Below the pieces are notes generated by a model. It saw only the letters and a list, made by a program, of their open reading frames with translations, was not told the DNA's origin and made no database searches. Shown here one piece after another: positions 18,474 to 28,800 of a stretch of DNA of 64,000 nt. Position numbers and translations under genes: made by a program. Location of the stretch: assembly GCA_049513715.1 (NCBI GenBank), contig JBEKVV010000001.1, positions 160,001 through 224,000 of the forward strand. The letters run 5' to 3'. The stretch is from Candidatus Bathyarchaeia archaeon (GTDB taxonomy: Archaea > Thermoproteota > Bathyarchaeia > 40CM-2-53-6). Position 1 is the stretch's first letter. Every line of letters begins with the position of its first letter.

Positions 18474-19019
18474 ATGTATTCCGGGTCAACCTTGCAAGAC
18501 GAATCGGGTGTCAACAAGCCGAAAGTGTACGTGCTTCTTCTAAAACAGGATGACCCGCGAAAATGCACAGCCTCTAAACTCGTCAGATTGAAACTAGCAA
18601 CGCCCCTACACCGACTTCGCCAAGTCCCACGTAGGTCATTGGTCCTCGACCCCACAGCTTCAAGGGTTCTCCTTCGGAGCGATACAGCCGCCTGTATGAG
18701 CTACGGGATAGTGGTCGTTGACTGTTCTTGGGAGAAGGCAGACAGAGTCTTCGCGATCCGTCTGCCCGGTCAGGGGAGGCGGCTCCCTACCTTGCTGGCA
18801 GCAAATCCGGTGAATTACGGGAAGCCGCACAAACTCTCGTCCGTCGAGGCCTTGGCGGCCTCACTTTACATAACAGGGTTCAAAGAAATGGCGGCAAAGT
18901 TACTCGCATCGTTCAAGTGGGGAGGAACTTTCCTGACATTGAATCATCAACCCCTCGAAGCTTACTCTTCAGTTGACACGCCTGAGGAAATGTTCCACGC
19001 TGAAGCTCAATTCTTCTAA
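18474..19019 (+). CDS. tsr3: 16S rRNA aminocarboxypropyltransferase (DUF367)
   Basis: DDPRKCTA, DCSW, RRLPTLLAANPVNYG, LSSVEA, FKWG. Confidence 0.95.
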   Translation: MYSGSTLQDESGVNKPKVYVLLLKQDDPRKCTASKLVRLKLATPLHRLRQVPRRSLVLDPTASRVLLRSDTAACMSYGIVVVDCSWEKADRVFAIRLPGQGRRLPTLLAANPVNYGKPHKLSSVEALAASLYITGFKEMAAKLLASFKWGGTFLTLNHQPLEAYSSVDTPEEMFHAEAQFF

Positions 19020-19167
19020 ACTGATTCTCCTTCCGCCGGGGAGCCTATGTGGGAATACACATTGATACTTCGGCTCAATTCTGTCAGTGATTTTGCGTGG
19101 CACATACAGTGACATCCAAATCTGGTCAGATGTCGCAACGGTCAACCCTTGCCTCAAGTGAATATGC

Positions 19168-19485
19168 TCATGGCGGAGAATGCTGTTCGAGTTTTGCACA
19201 CAGCCTCCTCGCTATAGTTCTTTCAATGGTCTTGCCACTTTTGCCGAATGTGCGTTCAAGAACCAGGAGGAAGTCATTCAGGCGCCCGGGTATTTCGGTC
19301 CTTGTCATGTAGTAGTGCGATTCAATGTGATCGTAGAATGCGTCCCTAACCCGCTGCCCCAGGAGGTCAACTAAGACTTCATCTAGTGACTCCAGGAACA
19401 GATAATTGATGCTTTTTCCATCGAAACTCGTAACCTTGATGGAAAAAAGGTCTCGAAGTAAAGGAACCGTTTTCTGTTCGTTCAA
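19168..19485 (-). CDS. Small DUF3227/NitrOD5-like signalling output protein
   Basis: ESLDEVLVDLLG...IP...LERTFGKSGKTIERTI; paralogous to 29616 and 30350. Confidence 0.65.
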   Translation of the reverse strand: MNEQKTVPLLRDLFSIKVTSFDGKSINYLFLESLDEVLVDLLGQRVRDAFYDHIESHYYMTRTEIPGRLNDFLLVLERTFGKSGKTIERTIARRLCAKLEQHSPP

Positions 19486-19551
19486 ACTCAGATTTGTCCT
19501 CCCGTAGGCGTTTTGAGGCCAATTCGCGCATCAGAATCTAAGTTGCAGCTT

Positions 19552-20436
19552 TCACCCAAGTCTGGCAATGCTGACTCCCCTTTTTTCGTAAACCAGTTGA
19601 TTGTTGAATAGGCCTCTTAGGCTGGCAACGTCCTTCGGATCGTGAGCAGACGGATTGAAGAGGAAGAGCGCGGTTATGCGTGGGTCGTTTAGGGTCTGAA
19701 GCGAGTCCTTAGCAAACTTGTACATGCCTTTGTACGCGTTTGTCTCGGATTGTTCCGCTAAAGCAAGGTCGGTGAGGCTATCAAAGACGAGGCTTATTGG
19801 TCCTCGAGAATACTCGTTTAACGTTTTTTGGAAGCCGTTGTCGACGTCGACATTAATGATGTGAATTTCATTGTCGTCCTGAAGGGCTTGACGAACACTG
19901 CTTCCTGTCTGGGTTGTTACGATAACCGTATCTCCGAGGAAGGCGCATTCCAAGGCGAAATCTCTGACTACTCTACCGTAATCCGTCCTGGGATCAATCT
20001 CAAGGAGAATCTTCTTGCCCAAAAGCCTGCTGTGTTCAATCCCCAATTGCCTCGAGAACTTCCAACTCCTAGTTTCGTTTAGGCATCTTCTCGTCTCTGT
20101 CAACAATCCGGAGTTGGTGAATGGTTTAGTGAGGTGCGCCTCCGCTCCCGCTTCCGTGCTCAACTCTCTATCGACGTTTCGGCCAAGGGCGCTTAGTACG
20201 ATGACGGGGACGTTTTTGGTTTTAGACTGAGATTTGAGGATCTTGCAGACCTCTAACCCACTCTTTCCGGGCATGAGAAGATCAAGTAGAACGAGGTCTG
20301 GAATTTCGACTTCGGCGAGATTGAGCGCCTCATCCCCTCCGAATGCTGTGAGGACTTGGAATCCTTCTGTCTCCAAGATCAGCTTCAGCAAATTGACAAT
20401 GTCGGATTCGTCGTCGACAACGAGTATCTTATCCAT
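19552..20436 (-). CDS. Response regulator: REC plus degenerate KaiC/DUF835-like output domain
   Basis: ILVVDD, LLDLLMPG, KP; C-terminal LVFDSL. Confidence 0.9.
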   Translation of the reverse strand: MDKILVVDDESDIVNLLKLILETEGFQVLTAFGGDEALNLAEVEIPDLVLLDLLMPGKSGLEVCKILKSQSKTKNVPVIVLSALGRNVDRELSTEAGAEAHLTKPFTNSGLLTETRRCLNETRSWKFSRQLGIEHSRLLGKKILLEIDPRTDYGRVVRDFALECAFLGDTVIVTTQTGSSVRQALQDDNEIHIINVDVDNGFQKTLNEYSRGPISLVFDSLTDLALAEQSETNAYKGMYKFAKDSLQTLNDPRITALFLFNPSAHDPKDVASLRGLFNNQLVYEKRGVSIARLG

Positions 20437-21694
20437 GGACTTTCATCCACTCCTCTTTTTGCTTTGGCAAGGTAAACGCGAAAGTAGCTCCTCTTCCTCT
20501 ACCCGGTGAAGTGACCCAAATCCTCCCGTTGTGAGCTTCAACGATTTGTTTTGTTAGACTCAGACCCAGACCTGTGCCGCTAAAATAAGTTGACTTCTCG
20601 ATCACCGCGAAGGGCTCAAAAACACGTTCGAAATCCTTCTCATCTAGCCCAATTCCAGTGTCTACGATGTAAACTGTTATTGTGCCATCTTCTCCTTCTT
20701 CAGCGCGAACACTGATTTCTCCTTTTTCTGGTGTGAACTTGGTTGCGTTATTTAGGAGATTGATCAGTGCTCCGATCAACCTCAGTCGATCACCCTTGAT
20801 AGGGAAATCGCTTGGTGGGAATTCAAAGTGAATCACCTGATTTTTCTCTTTGACCAACGGTTGCATTTCTTCAATGCATTGCAGTAGTATTTCTCGCAGA
20901 CTGAAGGTCTCAATCTTTAGCTCAAATCGTCCAGCTTCGATGCGCTGGATGTCCAGAAGGTCTTCTGTTAGCGCGAGTACTCGATCCGTGTTACGGCGTA
21001 CGATCTCAACTTTCGATTTGATACCGTCGGGTAGAATTGGCTCCTTTGTTAAGATGTAATCAACGTAGCCTTTGATGGATACAAGAGGAGTTCTGAGTTC
21101 ATGCGTAAAGGCTGAGATGAATCGGTCCTTCATGGTCTCAAGTCTTTTGTGCTCAGTAATTCCCCGCACAATGGCGTTGATTCCATGAGTTTCTACCATA
21201 ACGCCGTCTATGTGTGCGATGGTCCCGTCTGGATTTAGAACTGCCTTGGGATAATCCCGCACCCAAGCAGTGCCACCGTTTCTTTGGCGTAGTTCGGATT
21301 CAGCAAACACGCTACCGCTACGAAGCTTTTCGAGGTGTTCTTCACGGTCGTTCTTATTTTCGTAGATCTCGTTCAAATTGACATTCTTAAGATTCTGTAC
21401 GTCCTCGTAACCGAGAATTTCTGCGAGTTTTTTGTTTGCCTCAAGAATCTTCCCATCAAAGGTGGCCCGATAGATTCCGACCGGCAAGCCGTCGAGCAAA
21501 GAGACGTAGTTTTCATTGTGTTTTCTCAATCTCTCAATCATTCCTTTCTCAATTGTCGAAGTCTTAGAGAGGATGACACTGCACGCCACGAAGACCGCAA
21601 GGATGGCAAATACTGTGAGATCAACCCTTGCGTATATTGCCCAGATAGTCAGAACACCAATGGCTAAGACTATTAGCGAACGGGGATTCAGCAA
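20429..21694 (-). CDS. Membrane PAS sensor histidine kinase
   Basis: 2 TM, PAS, HELRTP H-box, N box NLLNNA, DTGIG, GTGLGL. Confidence 0.95.
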   Translation of the reverse strand: MLNPRSLIVLAIGVLTIWAIYARVDLTVFAILAVFVACSVILSKTSTIEKGMIERLRKHNENYVSLLDGLPVGIYRATFDGKILEANKKLAEILGYEDVQNLKNVNLNEIYENKNDREEHLEKLRSGSVFAESELRQRNGGTAWVRDYPKAVLNPDGTIAHIDGVMVETHGINAIVRGITEHKRLETMKDRFISAFTHELRTPLVSIKGYVDYILTKEPILPDGIKSKVEIVRRNTDRVLALTEDLLDIQRIEAGRFELKIETFSLREILLQCIEEMQPLVKEKNQVIHFEFPPSDFPIKGDRLRLIGALINLLNNATKFTPEKGEISVRAEEGEDGTITVYIVDTGIGLDEKDFERVFEPFAVIEKSTYFSGTGLGLSLTKQIVEAHNGRIWVTSPGRGRGATFAFTLPKQKEEWMKVHG

Positions 21695-21787
21695 AAGCGT
21701 CTCACACTCCGCTGACCATACACCTGTCTTTTCAAACTGGGTTTGAGAGAGTACATCGAGATTTCTTCCATCACTTGATCTATCTTG

Positions 21788-21943
21788 CTACTTTGCTAGG
21801 TGAGCATCAGTTTGAGATGAGTGTCTGTTGTAGGTGTTGATGAGCTTGCAGATTATGCCATCGTAGGTCTCGCCTTTTTTTCCCAAATCATCAAGTTTTC
21901 GCTTTGTTTCATTTCTAACCTGAATCGTCTTAGTCTCGCTCAA
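21788..21943 (-). CDS. Small ribbon-helix-helix/antitoxin-like DNA-binding protein (51 aa)
   Basis: Hand translation MSETKTIQVRNETKRKLDDLGKKGETYDGIICKLI...; TTG start after a purine-rich RBS. Confidence 0.75.
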   Translation of the reverse strand: MSETKTIQVRNETKRKLDDLGKKGETYDGIICKLINTYNRHSSQTDAHLAK

Positions 21944-22237
21944 ACCTGCTACCTGTGACTATAGCCGCTGCAGTTGCTGTAAATTGTGCTGTTACTACTC
22001 TGAGAAACGTACAGTGACATGTTCGGCATGAGTTCAGTAGACTTGGCTCTATGTGAATGAGGGATTTCGCGTCACCATTAGGGTCACAAATGGGAACACG
22101 ATTTCAGATGATCTCGTATGTGTTGAAGGCATTGGGCGCGAAGTAATTGCTACTGGGTTGTTACTGTTGCTGTTCCTTGGGGGTAACAGCGGGAATTAGA
22201 GGCCACGCGTGGTACCTGTTACGATTGTAGAGGGACA

Positions 22238-22408
22238 TTGGACCAGATCAAGACCATCCAAGTTAAGGACGAGACGAAACGTAAACTCGTCAAGCTTGGA
22301 AGTAAAGGCGATACATACGACGACATAATCCGCAAACTCATTCACAGTCATCTGAGATTGACAAAGCTGATTCAGCGACCAGGGAACACGCTTGATCCTT
22401 GGAAGTAA
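22238..22408 (+). CDS. Small ribbon-helix-helix/antitoxin-like DNA-binding protein (56 aa), paralog of 21788..21943
   Basis: Hand translation MDQIKTIQVKDETKRKLVKLGSKGDTYDDIIRKLI... Confidence 0.75.
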   Translation: MDQIKTIQVKDETKRKLVKLGSKGDTYDDIIRKLIHSHLRLTKLIQRPGNTLDPWK

Positions 22409-22512
22409 GGGATGATTTATGTCAGCACGTTCAGGCCTCGATTCTACGAAGCTTCAAGGTTGAACACCTATTGGTAGTTTCCACAAAACTAGAAAATTCC
22501 AGCCTAGGTAAA

Positions 22513-22785
22513 ATGAACCTTATTAGGGAACCTGGGATAAATTACGTGTGCGCAGAATGTGGTGCCTTGCTCTATCACAGTGGGAATGACGGAGCCTACG
22601 AGGGTGGGGCAGTGAGCTTTCCCTCCAAGCGACCAGCCGAGGTCGCAAACAGACTCTTACAGTGCCCTCAATGCGGCCACAAACTCAATTCTGACCCAGA
22701 TCCGGATTCTATTCGAATTAACAGGAAGATCCCTAGACCATCAGCGTCTTGTGGAACCGGAATGCTAGAAGGACCCCAGGTCTAA
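22513..22785 (+). CDS. Small zinc-ribbon protein
   Basis: YVCAECG...CPQCG. Confidence 0.65.
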   Translation: MNLIREPGINYVCAECGALLYHSGNDGAYEGGAVSFPSKRPAEVANRLLQCPQCGHKLNSDPDPDSIRINRKIPRPSASCGTGMLEGPQV

Positions 22786-24413
22786 ACTCGCATATTTCGA
22801 AGCAGTAACTCCGCTTGGCGTTCTGCGAGCTTCCAGACGAGAGCGAAAACCAAGACTCCTACGACGTAAGTCAGGATCACGTATTGGTACTTTATCGTAC
22901 CAACTAATAGGATCGAAAGGAGGACAGGGGCAGCCGTGAAAATAACCAATACTGTTCCAATCAAGGATCCGAAAACAGATCCCCACACACTCACGTAGCG
23001 GCTCCGAATAGTTTCTCGAAAGTCAGCGAACCTAGCGCCGAAATATAGTCCAAGTGCTGATTCATCGAGAACGGTGATTGTCGCGAGCATGAACAAGACA
23101 ACCCCGTGGCCAGAAATAACCCTGATGAATTCCCCCATGACAGCTAGTAGGGCTAGGCTGAAGACTAGCCCAACGAGAATAGTCAATATCAGTTTTGGCT
23201 TCAATAATCGCCGTGGTTCTATCGGTGCGAGGTAGAGGTTCACTACGGCGGAGCCTTCTTGGCCGATGCTGGTCATCGAAATTAAGCCACAAACGGCCGC
23301 GATAGGTATCAGATAGAGCGGAACCGTAGCCAGCAATTGTGGGCGTTCCGGAAAATAGGTTCCGCTAAGAGGAATCAAAGAGACGCCCATTGATACGATG
23401 AAAAGAATTGGTAGAGCTAAGAATCTAGCCATCTCTTGCCGGCGCACAAGAGAACGTAAGTCCTTCCGTAAGATTGCGGCTTCAACGGAACCCAATCCCG
23501 GCAAACCGATTCCTATACGACTCAGTACGTTTGGTTTGGTGGCAAGCCTGACGGAGAATGGAACGGGAGTCCAATATCGCCCTCGGCAAATTGCGTCGAA
23601 ACTGAAAAGAACCAAGGCGAATGCCAACGAAAGTACACCGAAGATTAGAGCTGCCGAGGTTCTGCCTTCATGAACCTCAATGGCAGTCAAGGAAGGCCAA
23701 ACGACTGGTAGGAACCAGGCAGCCTCCACTGCCTGTGTTATGCTCTGAAATAGGTAAACGATAATCCTGCCGCTGAAAAGTGCCTCAAAGAACACCAGAA
23801 CTGCAATGGTTAAGGCTAGTCGAAGGAAGATTCCGGACTGTCCACTATTCCTGTAAAAACTGCGAGAAATTCGGTTCGCAAATGTTCGCAAAAGGTCAAC
23901 GACCGAAGCCCCAATTGCCAACGAGATCACTGACATAATCGCTGCCGCTAGCCAAGACCCGATTAATCCCAGTTCCACGGCAGGGCCGAAAGTCAACCCG
24001 AGAAAGAAAGCGGGAAGGAACGAGTAAGTGTACGACAAAGACATCGTGGAAGCTGCAGCATACTCTGATGGCGAGACGGGTAACCAGGAGACTAGGTCAG
24101 TGTTGGCTGCCTGAATTGGCTGACTTACCTCAGCGCCAATTCCGAACAGAATCACTGAAGAGGCAGTTGCCAGTGGGATACCAGTAAGAGCTTCAGCCTC
24201 CATGCCTGTCAAAGTCATATGAATGGTGTCAGTTGGAATTCTGGACAACATGAAATAGCTCACAAATGCGAGTAGACTGAACAGTGCAATATCCAAAACT
24301 AAGATTATCTGAGGGTTTCCTGTTACTCGGGCGGGAAGTTTATGGTGTTGATACCCGCGAATTTGAGATTTCGTTAGAACCACTGCAACCTTGTACGTGG
24401 ATGTAAGGTTCAA
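22782..24413 (-). CDS. Putative ABC-2 type exporter permease (duplicated membrane domain)
   Basis: About 12-14 TM segments, WLPVSP, KDLRSLVR, IGQEG..LYLAPI motifs. No ATPase gene adjacent. Confidence 0.7.
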   Translation of the reverse strand: MNLTSTYKVAVVLTKSQIRGYQHHKLPARVTGNPQIILVLDIALFSLLAFVSYFMLSRIPTDTIHMTLTGMEAEALTGIPLATASSVILFGIGAEVSQPIQAANTDLVSWLPVSPSEYAAASTMSLSYTYSFLPAFFLGLTFGPAVELGLIGSWLAAAIMSVISLAIGASVVDLLRTFANRISRSFYRNSGQSGIFLRLALTIAVLVFFEALFSGRIIVYLFQSITQAVEAAWFLPVVWPSLTAIEVHEGRTSAALIFGVLSLAFALVLFSFDAICRGRYWTPVPFSVRLATKPNVLSRIGIGLPGLGSVEAAILRKDLRSLVRRQEMARFLALPILFIVSMGVSLIPLSGTYFPERPQLLATVPLYLIPIAAVCGLISMTSIGQEGSAVVNLYLAPIEPRRLLKPKLILTILVGLVFSLALLAVMGEFIRVISGHGVVLFMLATITVLDESALGLYFGARFADFRETIRSRYVSVWGSVFGSLIGTVLVIFTAAPVLLSILLVGTIKYQYVILTYVVGVLVFALVWKLAERQAELLLRNMRV

Positions 24414-25011
24414 TGCTTATTCCCCATGCAGGATCCTCGCTTCCTACGGCTTTCTCCTTCAACCACCTATGCAATCGGCCCAGGGTCAATAGCTTGGGTT
24501 AATCTCAGATTCTGATAGAGCTAAGCTGTAACTGTTCCTCAACGTTTCGGGTGACAAACCCAAGTAAACAGCGACTAGGTCTTGAGTATTTGCCAGAGGG
24601 AAGGCGTAGTACGGATGCTTAATCGAATTTCTGGAGCCATTCGTGCCTTCACTTCGACACAAGTACGGTTACCCCATTTGCTGCGTCGTCAACTACTCAT
24701 TGGATTCCTTCCTTGGGATTCCTTCCGGCTTGAGTAGAGGAGAAACCCACGCTACCGTTCTCTTCGCTGCCGAGCTGCAAAGGACCGGCTCAGTTACCCT
24801 GAGGAATATTCAGATGGAAGAATACGTTGCACACGGCACAATCATAATGCAATCTGTGCCCGTTGGCAAGAGCCTTGTTCGTTCCATTCAGGTTCAGAAA
24901 ATGCGGGAGAGTGACTCTGACCGCATGTGCAGTGACATGAACAGTGCAATGTGAACGCAAGACTTGAAAAGAGGCCGAGCCAAACATGTACTTCGGAAAT
25001 GTGAGGATCGT

Positions 25012-25623
25012 ATGCACCGGTTCAGCAGGAGAGGCATTGCCCCCGTTGTTGCCGCACTGCTGATCGTAGTTGTATCTGTGGCCGCGATAATTCTGCTCTA
25101 CATTTTCGCCTCCGGACTTCTAGCAAGCGGTTTCTCAGCCAACGCGAGCGGAGTGCAACTAACCATTCTTCCGACATACTTGTATTCGAAGGATGCCGAC
25201 GTTGGAGTGGCATATGACCGAGCCAACTTCACAGTCATTGTGTCGAACAACGCCCCCGAGGCTCAGGTAGTCCTTGTGAATGTCACCACCCCACGAGGCC
25301 AAGTGGCGCAGAGCACACCGTTACCGCTAAGGTCTGGTGAGTCTAGGACGCTGTTCGTCTCCCAGGTCCTCAACGCAACCTCGCCTGTGGGAGTATGGTC
25401 AGTGAAAGTGACTGTTGGTGGGGCAGAGATAGGCAAATATTCGTTTGATGTTAAGCTTAACCGAGACGAGGCTGATTTCGCAACGAGACAATCGTTGGAT
25501 CAGCGTTTCTTCAGATACCTGCTATTCGGGACTCTTGGAGTTGCGGTATTCGCCATAATGCTCTCAATGGCAACCTTACTGCGCCCAAGAGTGGTTTGGA
25601 GCTGGGAGAAGGCCAAGACGTAG
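25012..25623 (+). CDS. Pilin/archaellin-like protein with class III signal peptide and C-terminal TM anchor
   Basis: RRG/IAPVVAALLIVVV, Ig-like middle region, C-terminal hydrophobic helix. Confidence 0.75.
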   Translation: MHRFSRRGIAPVVAALLIVVVSVAAIILLYIFASGLLASGFSANASGVQLTILPTYLYSKDADVGVAYDRANFTVIVSNNAPEAQVVLVNVTTPRGQVAQSTPLPLRSGESRTLFVSQVLNATSPVGVWSVKVTVGGAEIGKYSFDVKLNRDEADFATRQSLDQRFFRYLLFGTLGVAVFAIMLSMATLLRPRVVWSWEKAKT

Positions 25624-25747
25624 CCGCGTATTCTCAGGGAAGAGCTGTCTGAATCACAACACAACTACAGCTTAATCGCCGTAGTGAATGCCATCATCAG
25701 TTGATTCTGTTATCGGGGTCGCTGCGTCTGCGTGACGCCTGCCTTAA

Positions 25748-25769
25748 CTTTACTGCTTTACATCTTTAC
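25748..25769 (+). promoter_or_regulatory. Three direct CTTTAC repeats at 8-nt spacing upstream of the AbrB-family gene (putative operator)
   Basis: CTTTACtgCTTTACatCTTTAC is visible; the function is inferred. Confidence 0.4.
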
Positions 25770-25787
25770 TTTGGCGACTGCCCTCCC

Positions 25788-25952
25788 ATGAAAGTGATAG
25801 GTGATTCACGGCTTTCGAGGAAATATCAGGCCACGGTGCCGAGTTACGTCAGGGACTTGCTGAGGCTTGGTGCTGGCGACCTAATCGTGTTCGTTGAGAG
25901 AGAGAAGGGTGAGGTCGTACTGAAGAAAGGGGAGCTCCGAATCAAGGACTAA
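25788..25952 (+). CDS. AbrB/MazE/SpoVT-family DNA-binding protein
   Basis: SRKYQATVPSYVRDLLRLGAGDLIVF. Confidence 0.88.
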   Translation: MKVIGDSRLSRKYQATVPSYVRDLLRLGAGDLIVFVEREKGEVVLKKGELRIKD

Positions 25953-25983
25953 TGATCCGCCCCCTGAAAAGAAATGATTTGAA

Positions 25984-27396
25984 ATGATTGATGACACTCA
26001 GACCGAAAAGAAGCAACACCATCTCAGCGTAGAGAGCCTGATCGGTTCTGGTGTCAAGGCGGTTTCCATCAAAGGACTCCCCGGAGCTGGAAAAACCACT
26101 CTAGTACTCGAGCTGATCAAGAAAGCTGCTGGCGGATTGTATGTTTCAACGAGAGTCTCCGAACCGATGTTGATAAAGCAGCATACCCAATTTCAGTCTC
26201 TCATCGAAAATGGAGAATTGTACACGTTCCAACCAAAGCCTGAAAACCTAATCTATGGAGGTCAGCAAGTCACTTCAACTTTGGGAAAGGGCGCCTTCCG
26301 AATTGCTGAGAAGGTCATGGAAACCGCGCAAAGTCTAACCAAGCATCTCATAGTTCTGGATTCATGGGATGCGTTTGCAAGGGAGCTAGATGAGAAGGAG
26401 CGGTTGAGAGTTGAGAGGTCCCTAGTCGGAATGGTTGAAACCAACCAATCCAAGATTGTGTTCGTTAGCGAAGGCCCAGAGCTGAATCCCCTCGATTATC
26501 TGGTTGATGCGATCGTTGAGCTACGCGATGAAGAACATGAAGGAAGAAGAATCAGAACCATGGAGTGGAGGAAGCTTCGCGGAACCGAAATTCCCCAGAA
26601 GAAATACCTGTTCACTCTTGCAGACGGAAGGTTCACCATATGTCAAAGAGCAGCGATCGAACTTCCGAAAAGCATTGCACCTCAGATGTTCAAACCAGTT
26701 CCGCATTCGAATGAACATTACTCAACAGGGAGCGAGGAACTGGATCAACTGTTGGGGGGAGGATTGCGAAGAGGATTGATGCTCCTATTCGAAACTGGCA
26801 ACACAGTCGGCCCCAACATCTACGTTCCGTTGGCGGCAGCCATACGATGCAACTTCCTTGCTCAAGGAGGCTGCAGTGTGAGTCTACCGACTGGGGGGAT
26901 AACCCCGGAGATGCTTCGAGACAGTATCGCGCCACACTTGGGCAAGAAAATCCTGGACCGGGGATTGAGGATAGGACGGTTCGAGAAGGGCGCGGAAGAA
27001 CCATGCTTCTTCATTTTGGAAGGGGCGTCTCTGGAGCACGACTTCGAAACTTTCTGGCAAAAGGTTGACGAGGTAAAAGGCGAATCGCATCGGCCTTGCT
27101 ACATCTCAATACCGATGGATATCATGGAATACACCTACGGCCAACATAACATATTGAGGCTCATGATGAAAGCGTTACAGCATGTTCGAGACAATGGAGA
27201 TGTCATGTTCCTCGTCGTAAAATCGGGGAGCCAGCTGAAGAAGCAACTCTCTGACATCTGTGACACACATTTAATGATCGATGAGGTGGATGGGACCTCA
27301 GTACTATACCTAGTGAAACCGCCCACCCAACTAATGTACTTGAATTACGACTACTCTGAAGGATTCCCAAGAGTCGACCTCAAACTCATCGTGTAG
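25984..27396 (+). CDS. GvpD/KaiC-like double-domain P-loop ATPase
   Basis: GLPGAGKT, VLDSWD, KLRG; second domain STGSEELDQLLGGG with a degenerate Walker A. Confidence 0.85.
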   Translation: MIDDTQTEKKQHHLSVESLIGSGVKAVSIKGLPGAGKTTLVLELIKKAAGGLYVSTRVSEPMLIKQHTQFQSLIENGELYTFQPKPENLIYGGQQVTSTLGKGAFRIAEKVMETAQSLTKHLIVLDSWDAFARELDEKERLRVERSLVGMVETNQSKIVFVSEGPELNPLDYLVDAIVELRDEEHEGRRIRTMEWRKLRGTEIPQKKYLFTLADGRFTICQRAAIELPKSIAPQMFKPVPHSNEHYSTGSEELDQLLGGGLRRGLMLLFETGNTVGPNIYVPLAAAIRCNFLAQGGCSVSLPTGGITPEMLRDSIAPHLGKKILDRGLRIGRFEKGAEEPCFFILEGASLEHDFETFWQKVDEVKGESHRPCYISIPMDIMEYTYGQHNILRLMMKALQHVRDNGDVMFLVVKSGSQLKKQLSDICDTHLMIDEVDGTSVLYLVKPPTQLMYLNYDYSEGFPRVDLKLIV

Positions 27397-27644
27397 CCGT
27401 CCGATTCTCTGCCTGAACTCCCCAAGTTTTCGGGGTTTCTCTACCATTTCACCCAGTACGTGTTCAAGTGAATTCGGCTTACATGAATCTTCAAGTAGCA
27501 GAACAAGTTTTCGCGTAATCGGCAATGATGGAAATACTACTGTACTGATCCGCACCTGTAGCAGAATTTGTCGCCACGTGCGAGGTTTGCACCACAGCGA
27601 AGACATTGAATTCCGTTTGCAACTTCAGTCTTGCTCAATTGGTT

Positions 27645-28652
27645 TCATCTTTTTGGAGTATTCCTCTTCATTCTCAAAAACTCAAGTAGAGCCGCAATTA
27701 GACTCAGAATTATGATCGGAACCAAAACTAGGTAACTCTGTTTATCGGTAATCACGAATCCAGCAGTCTCGGTCGTGGTCAAGGTCGATGTCGTTACGAT
27801 TACTAAGGAGCGGGAAGTGGAAGTCGTGCTGAATGAGTTTGAAATTGAGGAAGTGGATGTGGTCGTTGTAGTTGCTGCTGTCAGGGAGGGGATGGACGCA
27901 ATGAGTTCCACATCATCCCAGTACATGGATTGCCTGTCATTTCCTCCGTAGAGGAGAAATTCTAAGGCAATCTTGATCGGTATTGGTTGTGTGCCCTGGA
28001 AGACGTTGGCGAATGCTGCTGAGTCGAAATATGAACGAATATCGGCGCCAACGTCGGCCTCCAACAGACACCAAGGAGTGCAGTTCTTAGGAGGCAACGA
28101 GATGGATTTCATTTTCAGTGTACTAGAAAGAACTGTTTGCGGCGATATGACAGCGTAATAGTTCAACTTGAGATTCCCCGCCTCAATTCGAATTCTCGTC
28201 GCCACCAGGTACGTATTGGTTTGGAGCAAATACCACGCCTGAACCCTCAACCCACGCAGATTAGAGACCGTGGCTGATTGGCTTACGCCTTCGATGGTAG
28301 GCGTTGAAGCGCTTGCTCCAGCTCGCGGAGCGAGGCCAATGATTAGGGCTGCAGACCCCGAGTGCACAGTTGTGCTTGAGCGTGCAATGGAGCCTCCAGT
28401 TCCTCGTATTTCGCTCCAACCAGCTAGACCTGACTCGAAGCCACCGTTCTGCAGCAGTGGCAGGTCAGTCGATAATTGCTGTGACTGCATAGGTTGAACT
28501 GAATAGTTTTCTTGAGATGGGACGGTTATGCCTCGGCTCGCGTACCCGCAGACCACGACTGAAGTAGAAAGACATAGGACTAGTATGAGAATCACTGCAG
28601 GGCGCGCGCGGGAGAGCCCAGACATACTTGCCCCAGCATTTTGCCAAGACAA
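27645..28652 (-). CDS. Surface protein: signal peptide, galactose-binding/CBM-like domain, Thr/Ser linker, C-terminal TM
   Basis: LLQNGGFESGLAGW...YWDDVEL, T/S-rich stalk, TM and basic tail. Confidence 0.75.
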   Translation of the reverse strand: MSWQNAGASMSGLSRARPAVILILVLCLSTSVVVCGYASRGITVPSQENYSVQPMQSQQLSTDLPLLQNGGFESGLAGWSEIRGTGGSIARSSTTVHSGSAALIIGLAPRAGASASTPTIEGVSQSATVSNLRGLRVQAWYLLQTNTYLVATRIRIEAGNLKLNYYAVISPQTVLSSTLKMKSISLPPKNCTPWCLLEADVGADIRSYFDSAAFANVFQGTQPIPIKIALEFLLYGGNDRQSMYWDDVELIASIPSLTAATTTTTSTSSISNSFSTTSTSRSLVIVTTSTLTTTETAGFVITDKQSYLVLVPIIILSLIAALLEFLRMKRNTPKR

Positions 28653-28800
28653 ACTTGCTGGAGGCTTTTAGATGTTCTTTCCCCTAATTTCAAGCGGTCC
28701 CTTCCTTCGACCAGGCTTTTGCGAGGATTTGATTGAGCAATAATCGCGGTCCAAAGTATAATATCTACATAGAGCTGATCCTCTACCCGTAGACTTTGAG

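Noticed and set aside
25984..27396. Gas vesicle or circadian clock system
   Set aside because: No gvpA or kaiA/kaiB genes in the window; only the ATPase family is supported
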